The notes beneath the pieces are model-generated. The model saw nothing but the letters and a program-made list of their open reading frames with translations, was not told where the DNA came from and searched no databases. From Octopus sinensis (Eukaryota): DNA of 64,000 nt. Below, piece after piece: positions 1-12,298 of the stretch. Numbering within the stretch: position 1 is the first letter of the stretch; each line of letters opens with the position of its first letter. The translations under genes and the position numbers were made by a program. The stretch covers positions 56,482,001 through 56,546,000 of the forward strand of contig NC_043012.1 of the NCBI RefSeq assembly GCF_006345805.1, written 5' to 3'.

Positions 1-237
1 CCACAAGGCACTCCTGAGAGATGAGGTCGATATAAAGCTGGTTCAGTCAAGACCTTCCCAACAGAAATATGTAACCCATGCTAGCATAAGAAACATATGA
101 AGATGATGATATATATATATATGAATAATGGCATTATAGTGTAATTAATATTTAGTAATATAAGGTGAAGAAAATAGAAAAAAATAGAACAAGTTGAAAC
201 ATTGAGAAATTGTCAATAATTTCATGAACATACTTAC

Positions 238-386
238 TTTCCTTTGAAGAAAGCGATATAAATGATAGAGGAATAATAATTGACAAATTGCAGAGCGAAT
301 AGTTTGAAGGTCAGGCTATTATCATACTCTGTTTGTGTACGTAAACATTCCAAATCAGTCAACCAGAAAGCTGCTCTTCTGTAAAT
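238..386 (-). CDS. ANO: Anoctamin exon 15, TM4-TM5 ([49 protein letters not shown]|K)
   Basis: [25 protein letters not shown] motif; aatcag / gtaagt; phase 0 to 2. Confidence 0.97.
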
Positions 387-3300
387 CTGATTTAGAAAAA
401 TTGAAAACATATATTTTTGTAGACATTATCGGCATATAATGTTGATGATGAAAAAGATGATTAACAACAGAGGGGAAAACTGCCGGGTTAAATGCTCAGC
501 AGCATTTTGTCTGTCTTTAATGTTCTGAGTTCAAATTCCACCAAGGTTGACGTCTTTCATTCTTTCTGGGCTGATAAAGTGAGTACCAGTTGAACACTGG
601 GATTGATGTAATTGCGACTTACCCACTCCCCAAAAATTGCTTGCCTTGAGTGAGAATTTGAAACCAATAAAGAGGAAGATCAAAATAATACTTATAGTAA
701 GTTTCAAATTTTGGCATAGGGTTAGCAATTTTAGGGGTCAGGGTCAGTCAATTATAACGGCTCCAGTACTTGATTGGTACTTTATTTTATCAATCCTGAA
801 ATGATGAATGGCGAAGTCAACCCTGGTGGTATTTGAACTAATGCAAAGAACCAAAAGAAATGCTGTTAAGCATTTTGTCCAATATGCTAATGATTCTGCC
901 AGATCATGCCCTTAATAACACTTATAATAAGGATGATAATTATACTACATCACAGTTAATCTTCTGACTAAACTAAAGCAGCTAGGTTTCCATTTTTTTT
1001 TAATTGCTGGTAACCATTAGTTATTCATAGGTCCTTATTATAATAGTAATGATGATAATGACTTAACATAAGCACAAGTCCATAAATTTGTGTGAGGTGG
1101 GTGACAATGTTACATCACCCAACCTACCCAGTATTTCTCTGATACTTGCTTTATTAACCATGGAAAGATAAAAGCTAATATTTTTTTTCAACTGCATTTT
1201 ACAGCCAGAGGTGTATATGATGGAATAAAATTATATAAAACATCATTTAGCATAACAACCAAATAGTTCAAGTTCAACATGTGAAAGTATATTCAATCAT
1301 TATAATGTATTTACATATGGCAATGAGTACTGCTACTGACAAAGCCCAATGATGCAGAAATGCATGTTTAGCATTCTCACTGTCACTATTGGATAATTTT
1401 TATATGCTACTGATATATTCGTGTCTTCAAACAGCACATTCATAGGAGATATTATCTTTGGATAAATACTGCAGTAAATATGCTTTCTTCATAATGTGTT
1501 TACATCAAGTATGATACACAGATGGCTATTTTAATCTAATTCTATTTCTGTAGCAAATAACAGGTATTTCTATGTGTTTCAAACAGATTAGAATAACAAT
1601 GAAAACAATAAATTTAATGTTTCAATGCTTCAGAGTTGTATTTGTCTGGCAAATAACTTGCATCAGAAACCAAGTGTTGAACTTGAAGCAACTACATAGT
1701 GGAAGGGTCATTTTAGCGATCTGAAAACAAACAAAAACTGCTATGTGCACTTTTCATCAATTTGTGAGGTGTCAAAATTTTGTCACACCACCACAATAAC
1801 CTGGTAACTGACACAGGACACAGTTTCAAACAACTATAGTGGAAATGTTAATGTGTGTGTGTGTGTGAACAAAGGTGGGCTGAAACGTTCCTGGCTTTGA
1901 ATAAAAGAAAATACAGGAGGATCAGTTAATTATGATTTTATTCAACATATTCCCCTTTCATATTCACATACCTATTGCAGCAATCCTTCAGTTTTTCTAA
2001 GCCCTGTAAAAGAACTCAGAAGGTTAGGCATCCAACCAGGCCTTTTGCAATAGCCTTAAAACCAGGAACTATTCAGCACCCGCTCATATATATGCATTTT
2101 TGTCACAGGGATGTGATAAAAATTTTGTTGCCTGTAACTTCATTTATTATTGATCTGTGATAACATGGTAGACCTATACAGTTCTATATTTAAGAGATGA
2201 GGAATTATGTACATTATTTACATTTGACGATATTTGTCTTCATCTTGTTTGTTGTTAACACAACGTTTCGGCTGATATACCCTCCAGCCTTCCTCAGTTG
2301 TCTTGGGGAAATTTCGAACCTGGGTTCTAATTCCTAAGGTATTTTTTAATGTTATTATTATTATTATTGTTCAGGTCACTGCTTGGAATCGAACTCAGAA
2401 TCTTGAGGTTAGTAGCCCACACTCTTAACCACTATGCCATATCCGTCAAATATAAATAATGTAAATAATGGTAGACTCAGTTATGAACCATGATATGCTT
2501 ATCATAGATTGAATTGTGATATGCACCAACAATCAGTCAGACTTTACTTGTATTACAAAAAAGCTCCTGGCTAATCATCTACAAAAGCCCAGCTGCCAAG
2601 AATGCACTGACGAGTGCTTGTGTTTACATAACCAAGCTGTGTGGTCATGTATTTTGTACTCAGACTCATCAACATGGGGCCAGTAAACAGAAAAAATATG
2701 AAGGCACCTGATGCTTACAAACAACACAGATAAGTGTATTCTCTGCAGGAAAAGGTAGAAATGATCAAGAATGTACGTGACAGTGGAAGCTTTACTGCAG
2801 TGGGCCATGAGTTTATGCCAATGAATCCGCCATTCATTCCATTTACAAGATATATGGAGATGATTCATTTATCACTGGTTCATTTATCACTGTATTTTTT
2901 GGAGTCAACTCCCCCATGCTAAATGAGGATAGATGTACCTCATAAAATAAAGTTAAACATAACAGTAACTTAATGCTTGGTATTTAATGTTTATAAGATT
3001 TATACACAACCTCTAGCCCTTGGGTGACAGTGGAGTCTACTCTGTTGTGAATATTAGAACAAAGTGTCTGAAGCAAGGAAAGCTATGAGTTCTGGTTTCT
3101 TTCTTTCTTCTGATAAAGCCATTAAAAACATACATCAATAGAGAAACCATAGAGATGCTCCCTTATGCTTATAATGGCTTCATCTGTAATATCATGCATC
3201 AGCAATCAATCAAAGACTCTGCTTGTTCTACAGGTGAGTTGTGATGCTGAAGTAGAAGACTGGTGTTATACTTACTATGTTCAATATCATGATGATGAGT

Positions 3301-6300
3301 AAATTGATGCAAGCAGAAATTACTGTTGTCATTAAACCAGCATTTTTGTAAATGATGTTCTCTTCTCTTAATTGAAGGGCCGCCAACATTGACACTCGGA
3401 AAGCTATCACACCCAAAACAGCTGCTATTGCGATGCTAACCTAAAATTAGAAAGAAAAAATGAAGGGAAAAAAATGAGGAAATATTTCAGTTTTAGAATA
3501 TCATTTGTTTGATAAATAAGGTGCAGGCGTGGCTGGGCGAAGAAACTTGTTTCTCAACTATGTGGTCTTGGTTTCAGTCCACTCCATGGCAGCTTGGGCA
3601 AAATGTCTTCTACTATAGCCCTGGATCAACAAAACCCTTATTAATCAATTTGATGGAAACTGAAAGAATCTCATCGTGCATGTGCATATGTGTGTGTGTG
3701 TGTGTGTGTGTACTCTTGTCTAAACATCTTGTGATAGTTCTAAATGAGCATCATCATACAAGCAAGGTTATTTTGTTTTCAGTCTGCAGGGGAAAACATA
3801 TCTAGTTACGGAGAAATATTACCTTACTTGGAAATTGGCGAGGGTTGGTGGCAAGGGCATCTAGCCTTAGAAAATCAGCTGCAACCCCAACAAATTCCGT
3901 TTTATCCATGCAAGCTTGGGGAAAGGTATCATTAAATAATCTTATTTTATTTATGCGCCCTTTTCAAGCCTAACCAGGCTCATGGGCCCGGTTTCCCGGT
4001 TTCTGTGGCGTATGTACTACCCTCCCATCCAAGCTGTATGGGACACCAGTCCATCACAGTGTTTCTCAAGAAACAGGAAGAAAGAGAAAAAGTTGGGGCA
4101 AAAGAGTAGAACAGGGGTCACCACTACCCCCTGTCAGAGCCTTGTGGAGCTTTAGGTGTTTTCGCCCAATAAACACACACAACGCTTGGTCTGGGAATCG
4201 AAACCGCGATCCTCCGACCGCAAGTCCGCTGCCCTAACCACTGGGCCATTGCGCCTCCACATCATTAAATAATGCTGATTTGTAACTTGATCTGACATTG
4301 AGTGTTGAAACTAAAACAACCACAACAACAACAGCCATCGCTATCACCACCACCATGTGGATGGAAGCACTCCGTCGGTTACGACGATGAGGGTTCCGGT
4401 TGATCCGAATCAACGGAACAGCCTGCTCGTGAAATTAACGTGTAAGTGGCTCAGCACTCCACAGACACGTGTACCCTTAACGTAGTTCTTGGGGATATTC
4501 AGCGTGACACAGAGAGTGACAAGGCCGGCCCTTTGAAATACAGGTACAACAGAAACAGGAAGTAAGAGTGAGAGAAAGTTGTGGTGAAAGAGTACAGCAG
4601 GGATCACCACCATCCCTGCCGGAGCCTCGTGGAGCTTTAGGTGTTTTCGCTCAATAAACACTCACAACGCCCGGTCTGGGAATCGAAACCGCGATCCTAT
4701 GACCGCGAGTCTGCTGCCCTAACCACTGGGCCATTGCGCCTCCACTAACCACCACCATGTAACCAGTATGTGAACGTTTTACATTCTACACTGAAATATC
4801 AGACAAAGCGTAAAACCAGGATTCTTAAACACTGCTAAGATTTAATACAAGCACTATTTATAATTTAATATAAGTGCTATCTATCCCACTGCTAAACAGT
4901 TTGTCCAGTGAAACAGTGGTGCCTTTGTCAGGAATTTTGAATAATCTGCATATTGTGAAGTGTTATTTGCTAAACTGCACTGGGACTTTAAACCTTAGCT
5001 GTAAGCTTTGTCAAGTATTTAAAATAATATAATGAACTTATTGTATACAATATTCAGGTGCATTACAACTTGTTGGAAACAGTTAAAAGGAGATACAAAG
5101 AACAAACATAGAAGTCAAATAAAGAAAGACAACAATGAAAGCTAGAAGTACATGTAGAGCACACAGAATAAAACACAAAAATCGAGATAAGTGAACATCA
5201 AAATAGTTCTAAAGAATAAGGGAGCATAGGCATGTTAGTAGTGTAGGTAGATTTTGAGAAGCATGGAAGTTTTAAGAGATGCAGTATCCTGATAGGGACA
5301 TGGGTAGTTTATTCCAGGTTTCAACAATTCTGAGCAAGATAAAATGTTTCCGAAAGTCATGGGTGTTGTGCTGCTTTTTTGATTTTATAAACATGTTGTG
5401 GCTGTTTGGTAAGAAGCTTGCTTCCCAACCACATGGTTCTAGGTTCAGTCCCACTGCGTGACACCTTGGGCAAGTGTTTTTTACTTTAGCCTCAGGCTGA
5501 CCAAAGCTTTGTGAGTGGATTTGGTAGACAGAAACTGAAAGAAGCTCATCATGAGTGTGTGTGTGTGTGTGTTTGTTCCCCACCACTGCTTGACAATCGG
5601 TAGTAGTGTGTTTACGTCACCACAACTTAGAGGTTTGGAAAAGAGACAGTTAGAATAAGTACGAGGCTTCAAAATTGAACAAGTCTTAGGGTCAGTTTGT
5701 TTAACTAAAACCCTTGAAGGTGGTGCCCCAGTATGGCTGCAGTCAAATGACTGAAAAAAATAAAAGATGGTGGTTGTGGTATGGAATTCAAAAAGGTGAC
5801 CAAACTTATTGGAAAGATGGTGGATAATCTTATGGGTTTCTACCAAGGCAGTTTCTGGATGTTGGAACTTTAATGTGTTGATACCAGTTTGAAATTGGTA
5901 ACTTCTTTTTATTTACTAATGGCATTTTGTAATAGTCTTGATGGCAGTATTTGTGGTGGTCATGGTAAGAATAGCAGAGTTAACAATGATACCTATATGC
6001 ATATAAGAGACAACATATTAAAAAAAAGAATCAATATTTGTCACACACTAAAACCATGTTCAGGGAATTATATGTGAATTACTATACTGGACTGTTAACC
6101 TGGGCTCACCACCACACAATATATAAAAGAAGAGAGTATTTAATCCTTCTGTTACCAAATTCCTGCTGAAATATACAGTCTGTTTCAATTAATTTTGAAA
6201 ATAATTAAAAATTTTAGTAAAATAATTTAGATCTTATTAAAATGGTGCTTGGAACACAAATTAACATGAAATTTTGATGAAGTCTTTTTATTTTATTTTA

Positions 6301-7106
6301 TTTTTTTAACTAAGATTCACTTTAAAACATGAATTTTGTACCAAAGAACCAGGAGTGACTTCAGGTTGGTTGGTTCCAAAACAGTTAAAATTATATGAGC
6401 TTACCATAAACAGCATAAGTGAATACGAAAAACAGATGATTGGTATCTGGCGAGTCCAAAATGGGATGTATGGTTCATCCATCTAAGAGAATAGTCAAAA
6501 AGAAGAAAATAAATTTTAAAAGAGATTTAATAATTGTTTGGTTTGCATTCCAAAAAGAAAAATTATTGCAAAATGTTTTTATACATAACTGAAACTCAGT
6601 GGCTGTCAAGCCAACAAGGAAACTTCTAAATTCTGTCCTGTATGTAAAAAAAGGGACAAGCTTTCATTCTTCAACAAACAACCACTGCTGGCTCCTCCCT
6701 ACTACTCCAGCATATTTTATCTCCTCTCTACCATGTCCTTCAACATTTTCTTTTATGAGCCAGTGAGGAAGCCTCTATGTCATTATTCAATCTGCTAGAA
6801 AAAGCAGCCTAGAGTAACTAACTAACTGACCCTCTGTCAGTTACAATGAGTGTTCAATTTGATCTGATCAACAGAATTTTCTGCACATGAAATTAACCTA
6901 GAAGTGATTGAACACTCTACAGACACGTATAGGCGTAGGAGTGGCTGTGTGGTAAGTAGCTTGCTTACCAATCACATGGTTCCAGGTTCAGTCCCACTGC
7001 ATGGCACCTTAGGCAAGTGTCTTCTACAATAGCCTCGGGCCGACCAAAGCTTTGTGAGTGGATTTGTTAGACGGAAACTGAAAGAAGCCCGTCGTATATA
7101 TGTATG

Positions 7107-7137
<31 letters not shown>

Positions 7138-10100
7138 ATGTGTGTGTGTGTGTGTGTATATGTTTGTTGGTCTGTGTTTGTCTCCCCAACATCACTTGAC
7201 AACTGATGCTGGTGTTTTTATGTCCCTGTAACTTAATGGTTCAGCAAAAGATACCAACAGAATAAGTACTAGGCTTACAAAGAATAAGTTTTGGGGTCGA
7301 TTTGCTCGACTAAAGGTGGTGCTCCAGCATAGCCACAGTCAAATGACTGAAACAAGTAAAAGAGTAAAAAGTGTAAAGAGTATACCTTTAATGTAGTTCT
7401 TAGGGAGATTCAGCATGACAACAGAATGTGGCAAGGCCGATTCTTTGAAATACAAGTATTACAGCCCAAAACTCTCAGAAATCACACCCTACTGTCTTTA
7501 AAAAACTGTAAGACACATTAGATAATGTAGTTTTAGATACACTATTTGTGGGATGGTCATGGCTGGAATTCCTTTGATAATAAATCTGCTTGATTATTGC
7601 CAACCTAGAGCTAAATAATAACATACAAGATTCATATATTTTTCTACCTAGGTCCACCTCAACTCACTTTATGTACATGCACTCCTCTTCCACTTTTCAT
7701 TCCATTTGGGGTTCATGCCCTGGACTCTAGCTTAACATCTTTCTTCCTTCCTGTACAAAATTACAAGCCTCTGGAGGTTGCTTAAAATCAACATATCAAG
7801 TTCGTTGAGAAGGAGAGCAAGGGCTTTGAGCATTGAATTCCTTTCTCAGACTAGTTTTGAAAACAAAAACAAAACATATGTAGTTGCCTGACTTGCTTAA
7901 GAGATGATTGTTTGAGGTTAGTAATTCAGATATTGCTGTTTCATAGAGTAGAGGCCATTGAAGAGATGTTTGAAGAAAGAAAGAACAGATTAAAAAGAGA
8001 GCAAGAGAGAATAAGAGAGGGAAAGGAGAAAGACAGAAACAGAACGATGGACATGGCAATATTAATAGGGAAAAAGAAAAGTAAAGACAAACCACACTAT
8101 TTAATACTTTCCAATTTAAATTAAGGTGATGAAATTTTCATAAATCAAATATCCTTTCTTTAAAGAAAAAAGGCAAAAAGAAAAACAAGTTGCACTCTAA
8201 TTACCTGTGAAATTGGATCTCTTCTATATTTTTTATCATTGGCCATCTTAGCTAGATATTCTGGGCGAGGCGGTTCCTGAAATTATAAGACAGCATTTGC
8301 TTGGAATTGAGCCTTTTTTTAATATTTGTTGAACATTTTCATTAATCAGAAAATATAACCATGTAAAAATTAATTTTACAAAATGCTTGTTTTATTATCA
8401 TTGTTCCATGCTACTTTGGATGGAATATTCTTGTTGAATTGATGCAACTACTGAAGGGGTGTGGTCTAATTGGTTAGGTTGTTGGGCTTATGATTGTAAG
8501 GTTGTGGCAGGGCTGGATTAAAACCCATAGAGGCCCTAAGCACTTAAAAGATTTTGATGTCGTCATATTTATGTAATTCAAAATACGAACAATAATAAAC
8601 CATAAACTAAATTTTTATTTTTCAAAATGGAACAAAACTAACAGTAAGATAGAAAATAATGTTTATTTTCGTACACTTTCATATTTTCTCTTACTTTTTT
8701 TAATAGCAAAGTATTTGATCAGATCCTCACTATGACACCATGAATACTTTGAAATTATATTTATGATCATATAAACCACTTTGAACATTATTTTAGCAAG
8801 GTTAAAGTGATTTCTTTTGTGTCCTAAACCATTTACCATTTCTGCGGTGCCTTCCTTCCCTTGATGCTCTCAGCATATGCCTATTTTGCTTAATGATTAA
8901 TCCAGCACTGGGTTGTGGGTTTGATTCCCAGACCCAACAGCTTGAACACTTCATTTCACTTTACTCCAGTCTACTCAGCTAAAAATGAGTGCCAGTAGTA
9001 ACCATGGGTAAACTTTATATTGAACTGGGTTCATGTGAAAAAAGCATTCAAGTGAGGTCGTTGCCAGTGCTGCAGGACTGGCTTCTGTGCAGGTGGCACA
9101 TAATAAGCACCATTTGAGCGTGGCTGTTGCCAGTACTGCCTGACTGGCCCTCGTGCTGGTGGCACGTAAAAGCACCCACTACACTCTCAGAGTGGTTGGC
9201 GTTAGGAAGGGCATCCAGCTGTAGGAACTCTGCCAGATCAGATTGGAGCCTGGTGCAGCCACCTGGTTCGCCAGACCTCAGTCAAATCGTCCAATCCATG
9301 CTAGCATGGAAAGCGAATGTTAAACAATGATGATGATGATGTTCCTATCTAAAGAGAACCTTCAATGAGAGCAATAACGATTGCCCAATATTTTAATATT
9401 AGCTACAGACAAGCTATAATGATGGTCATGTTGCTCCACTGGCCTCAACTTGCTGTTCTTACAATTGGGTATGTCTTTTTTGTTGAAGACCATTCAGCCA
9501 TCTTGTGAGAATAAATCTTTTTTCAATCAGTCACAAAAAACTGGGATTCAAGCCAGTTTGGCTGCTCAGTTATTTTAGCATTTACTTACTTACATCCCAA
9601 GGAACAACACCATTTTCTCTCTCCACTTTGAGACATTAAATGTTTAGACTTTAAACTCCTCGTGGAAACTGAGCTTATTGAGCTCTCTCCTATAAACTAA
9701 TTATTGCTGAATCAAACACTGATACAGACCATCACTAGTTTCCTTAGATTCAGGATTTTATCCGAGCTGGTCAAATACTATTTAGGAATTTAGAGAAACA
9801 TTTTTCACTATATATGCTTTTCTCATTATATATGCTCAAGAAAACTTGTCCTCCTTAGCAGAAATCTTAATGCCACCATCCCTGCTGAGGAGAATTGGTC
9901 GTGAAGAGCCCTGTGCAAGTGCCACGTAAAAAGTGTCCATGCCAGTGTTACATAAAAAGCACCCAGCACACACTGTAAAATGGTTGGCATTAGAAAGGGC
10001 ATCCAACCATAGAAACTACACCAAATCAGAATGGAATCTGGTGCAGCTCTCCTGCTTACCAGCTCTGGTCAAACCATCCAACCTGTGCCAGCATGGAAAA

Positions 10101-12226
10101 TGGATATTAAAGGACGATGATGATGATGTTCTACATTTAGGCATGATGGTTGTGCAGATATTTTAGCCATGAGATACAATGTGCCATTAAATATTATGAA
10201 ATTTAAGAATGTTGAACTACCAATTACTCTTATTACAGCAATTTCATTTTAAGTAGCCTTGAACAAATCTCGTTATTTTGTTTGGTCCAGTTTGCTTGAC
10301 TGATGAAGTCAAAAAAGAAACAAAAAAAAACTTTCTCTCCAAGAAAAATATAGAGGATACAAGAAAAAAATTAAAAAATGTGAGCAATAAGTGAAATATG
10401 AACCAAAGCTCCCAATAGACATGTCCAAGCATTAATCAACTAAACTGCTAGAACTCCCAATGTATTTAGCCTCAAAGATGTGTTCATATTTCATATGAGA
10501 TCAGCTTTTATCTCATTCAATCCCAAAATCCAGCTATCTTAATCCTGTGGTCCAATCTTTTTTGCCAGTCTGAGTTATTAGTGGGGGGCCAACCCTTATT
10601 TAGTCAAATTCTTATCATTGTCATTTTCACACACCCCTTTTTCTACTCTCTTATAATGTCTACTTGTAACTAATGTCTGCATTAACTTTTAAAATAGGCA
10701 AATATATATTTTTGATCAATGCTAACTTAATAGGGTAATTAAATATATCTTTATTGAATAAAATATTTCAGAATACTATTGAAATTTAATTAAAAAAAAA
10801 AGTGGGGCACCTCCTCCTCTTGATAATGAAGGTTCCATTTCCATTGAATGACAGCTTGCTTTCTTTTCCAAAATTCTAAAAATAATGTACCTGAAAGAAT
10901 AGTCAATTGAAAAAATATCAAAACAAGAGAAGCCAGAGGTAACCAAGAGAAATTTTAGCTGGAGAAGAACAGTTATAGAAAGAAACTGTATTGAAGAAGA
11001 ATGCAGATGATTATATTTATATGATGCTGAAAAACAAGTCAAGAGATGGGAGAATATATCTAGTTATTATATATATGGAAATGACACAACTTTTAGATGG
11101 CACAGTTGACCTAGATGGATAAATAACTAAATAGGATCTTCAAGGAAAGAACAATTTACTGCAGCAGACAACAGCCTACTGCAGCAGACAACAACCTACT
11201 GCAGCAGACAACAACCTACTGCAGCAGACAACAGCTTAGTGCAGTAGACAACAACCTACTGCAGCAGACAACAGCCTACTGCAGCAGACAACAGCCTAGT
11301 GCAGTAGACAACAGCCTACTGCAGCAGACAACAGCCTACTGTAGCAGACAACAGCCTACTGCAGTAGACAACAGCCCACTGCAGTAGACAAAAACCTACT
11401 GCAGCAGACAGCAGCCTACTGCAGTAGACGACAGCCTACTGCAGCAGACAACAGCCTACTGCAGCAGACAACAGCCTACTGCAGCAGACAACAGCCTACT
11501 GCAGCAGGCAACAGCTTACTGCAGCAGACAACAGTCTACTGCAGCAGACAACAGCCTACTGCAGCAGACAAAAACCTACTGCAGCAGACAGCAGCCTACT
11601 GCAGTAGACGACAGCCTACTGCAGCAGACGACAGCCTACTGCAGCAGACAACAGCCTACTGCAGCAGACAACAGCTACTGCAGCAGACAACAGCCTACTG
11701 CAGCAGACAACAGCCTACTGCTGCAGACAACAGCCTACTGCAGCAGACAACAGCTTACTGCAGCAGACAACAGTCTACTGCAGCAGACAACAGCCTACTG
11801 CAGTAGACAACAGCCTACTGCAGCAGACAACAGTCTACTGCAGCAGACAACAGCCTACTGCAGTAGACAACAGCCTACTGCAGTAGAGAAAAACCTACTA
11901 CAGTAGACGACAGCCTACTGCAGCAGACAAAAGATTATTGCAGAAAACAATAGTCTACAAGAGTACACAACAGCCTATTGGAATATTGGATATGAATGAT
12001 ATTCGTTCACAACATACACACTACACACAGACACGGATATATATATATATATATATATAGGCATAGGAGTGGCTGTGTAGTAAGTAGCTTGCTTACCAAC
12101 CACATGGTTCCAGGTTCAATCCCACTGCATGGCACCTTGGGCAAGTGTCTTCTACTATAGCCTCGAGGCGACCAAAGCCTTGTGAGTGGATTTGGTAGAC
12201 GGAAACTGAAAGAAGCCAGTCGTGTG

Positions 12227-12298
<72 letters not shown>

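Noticed and set aside
11158-11940. Minisatellite as a coding repeat (pure unit is open on the plus strand, [20 protein letters not shown])
   Set aside because: No start codon or splice context; cagtag variants add stops and a 19-bp unit shifts the frame.
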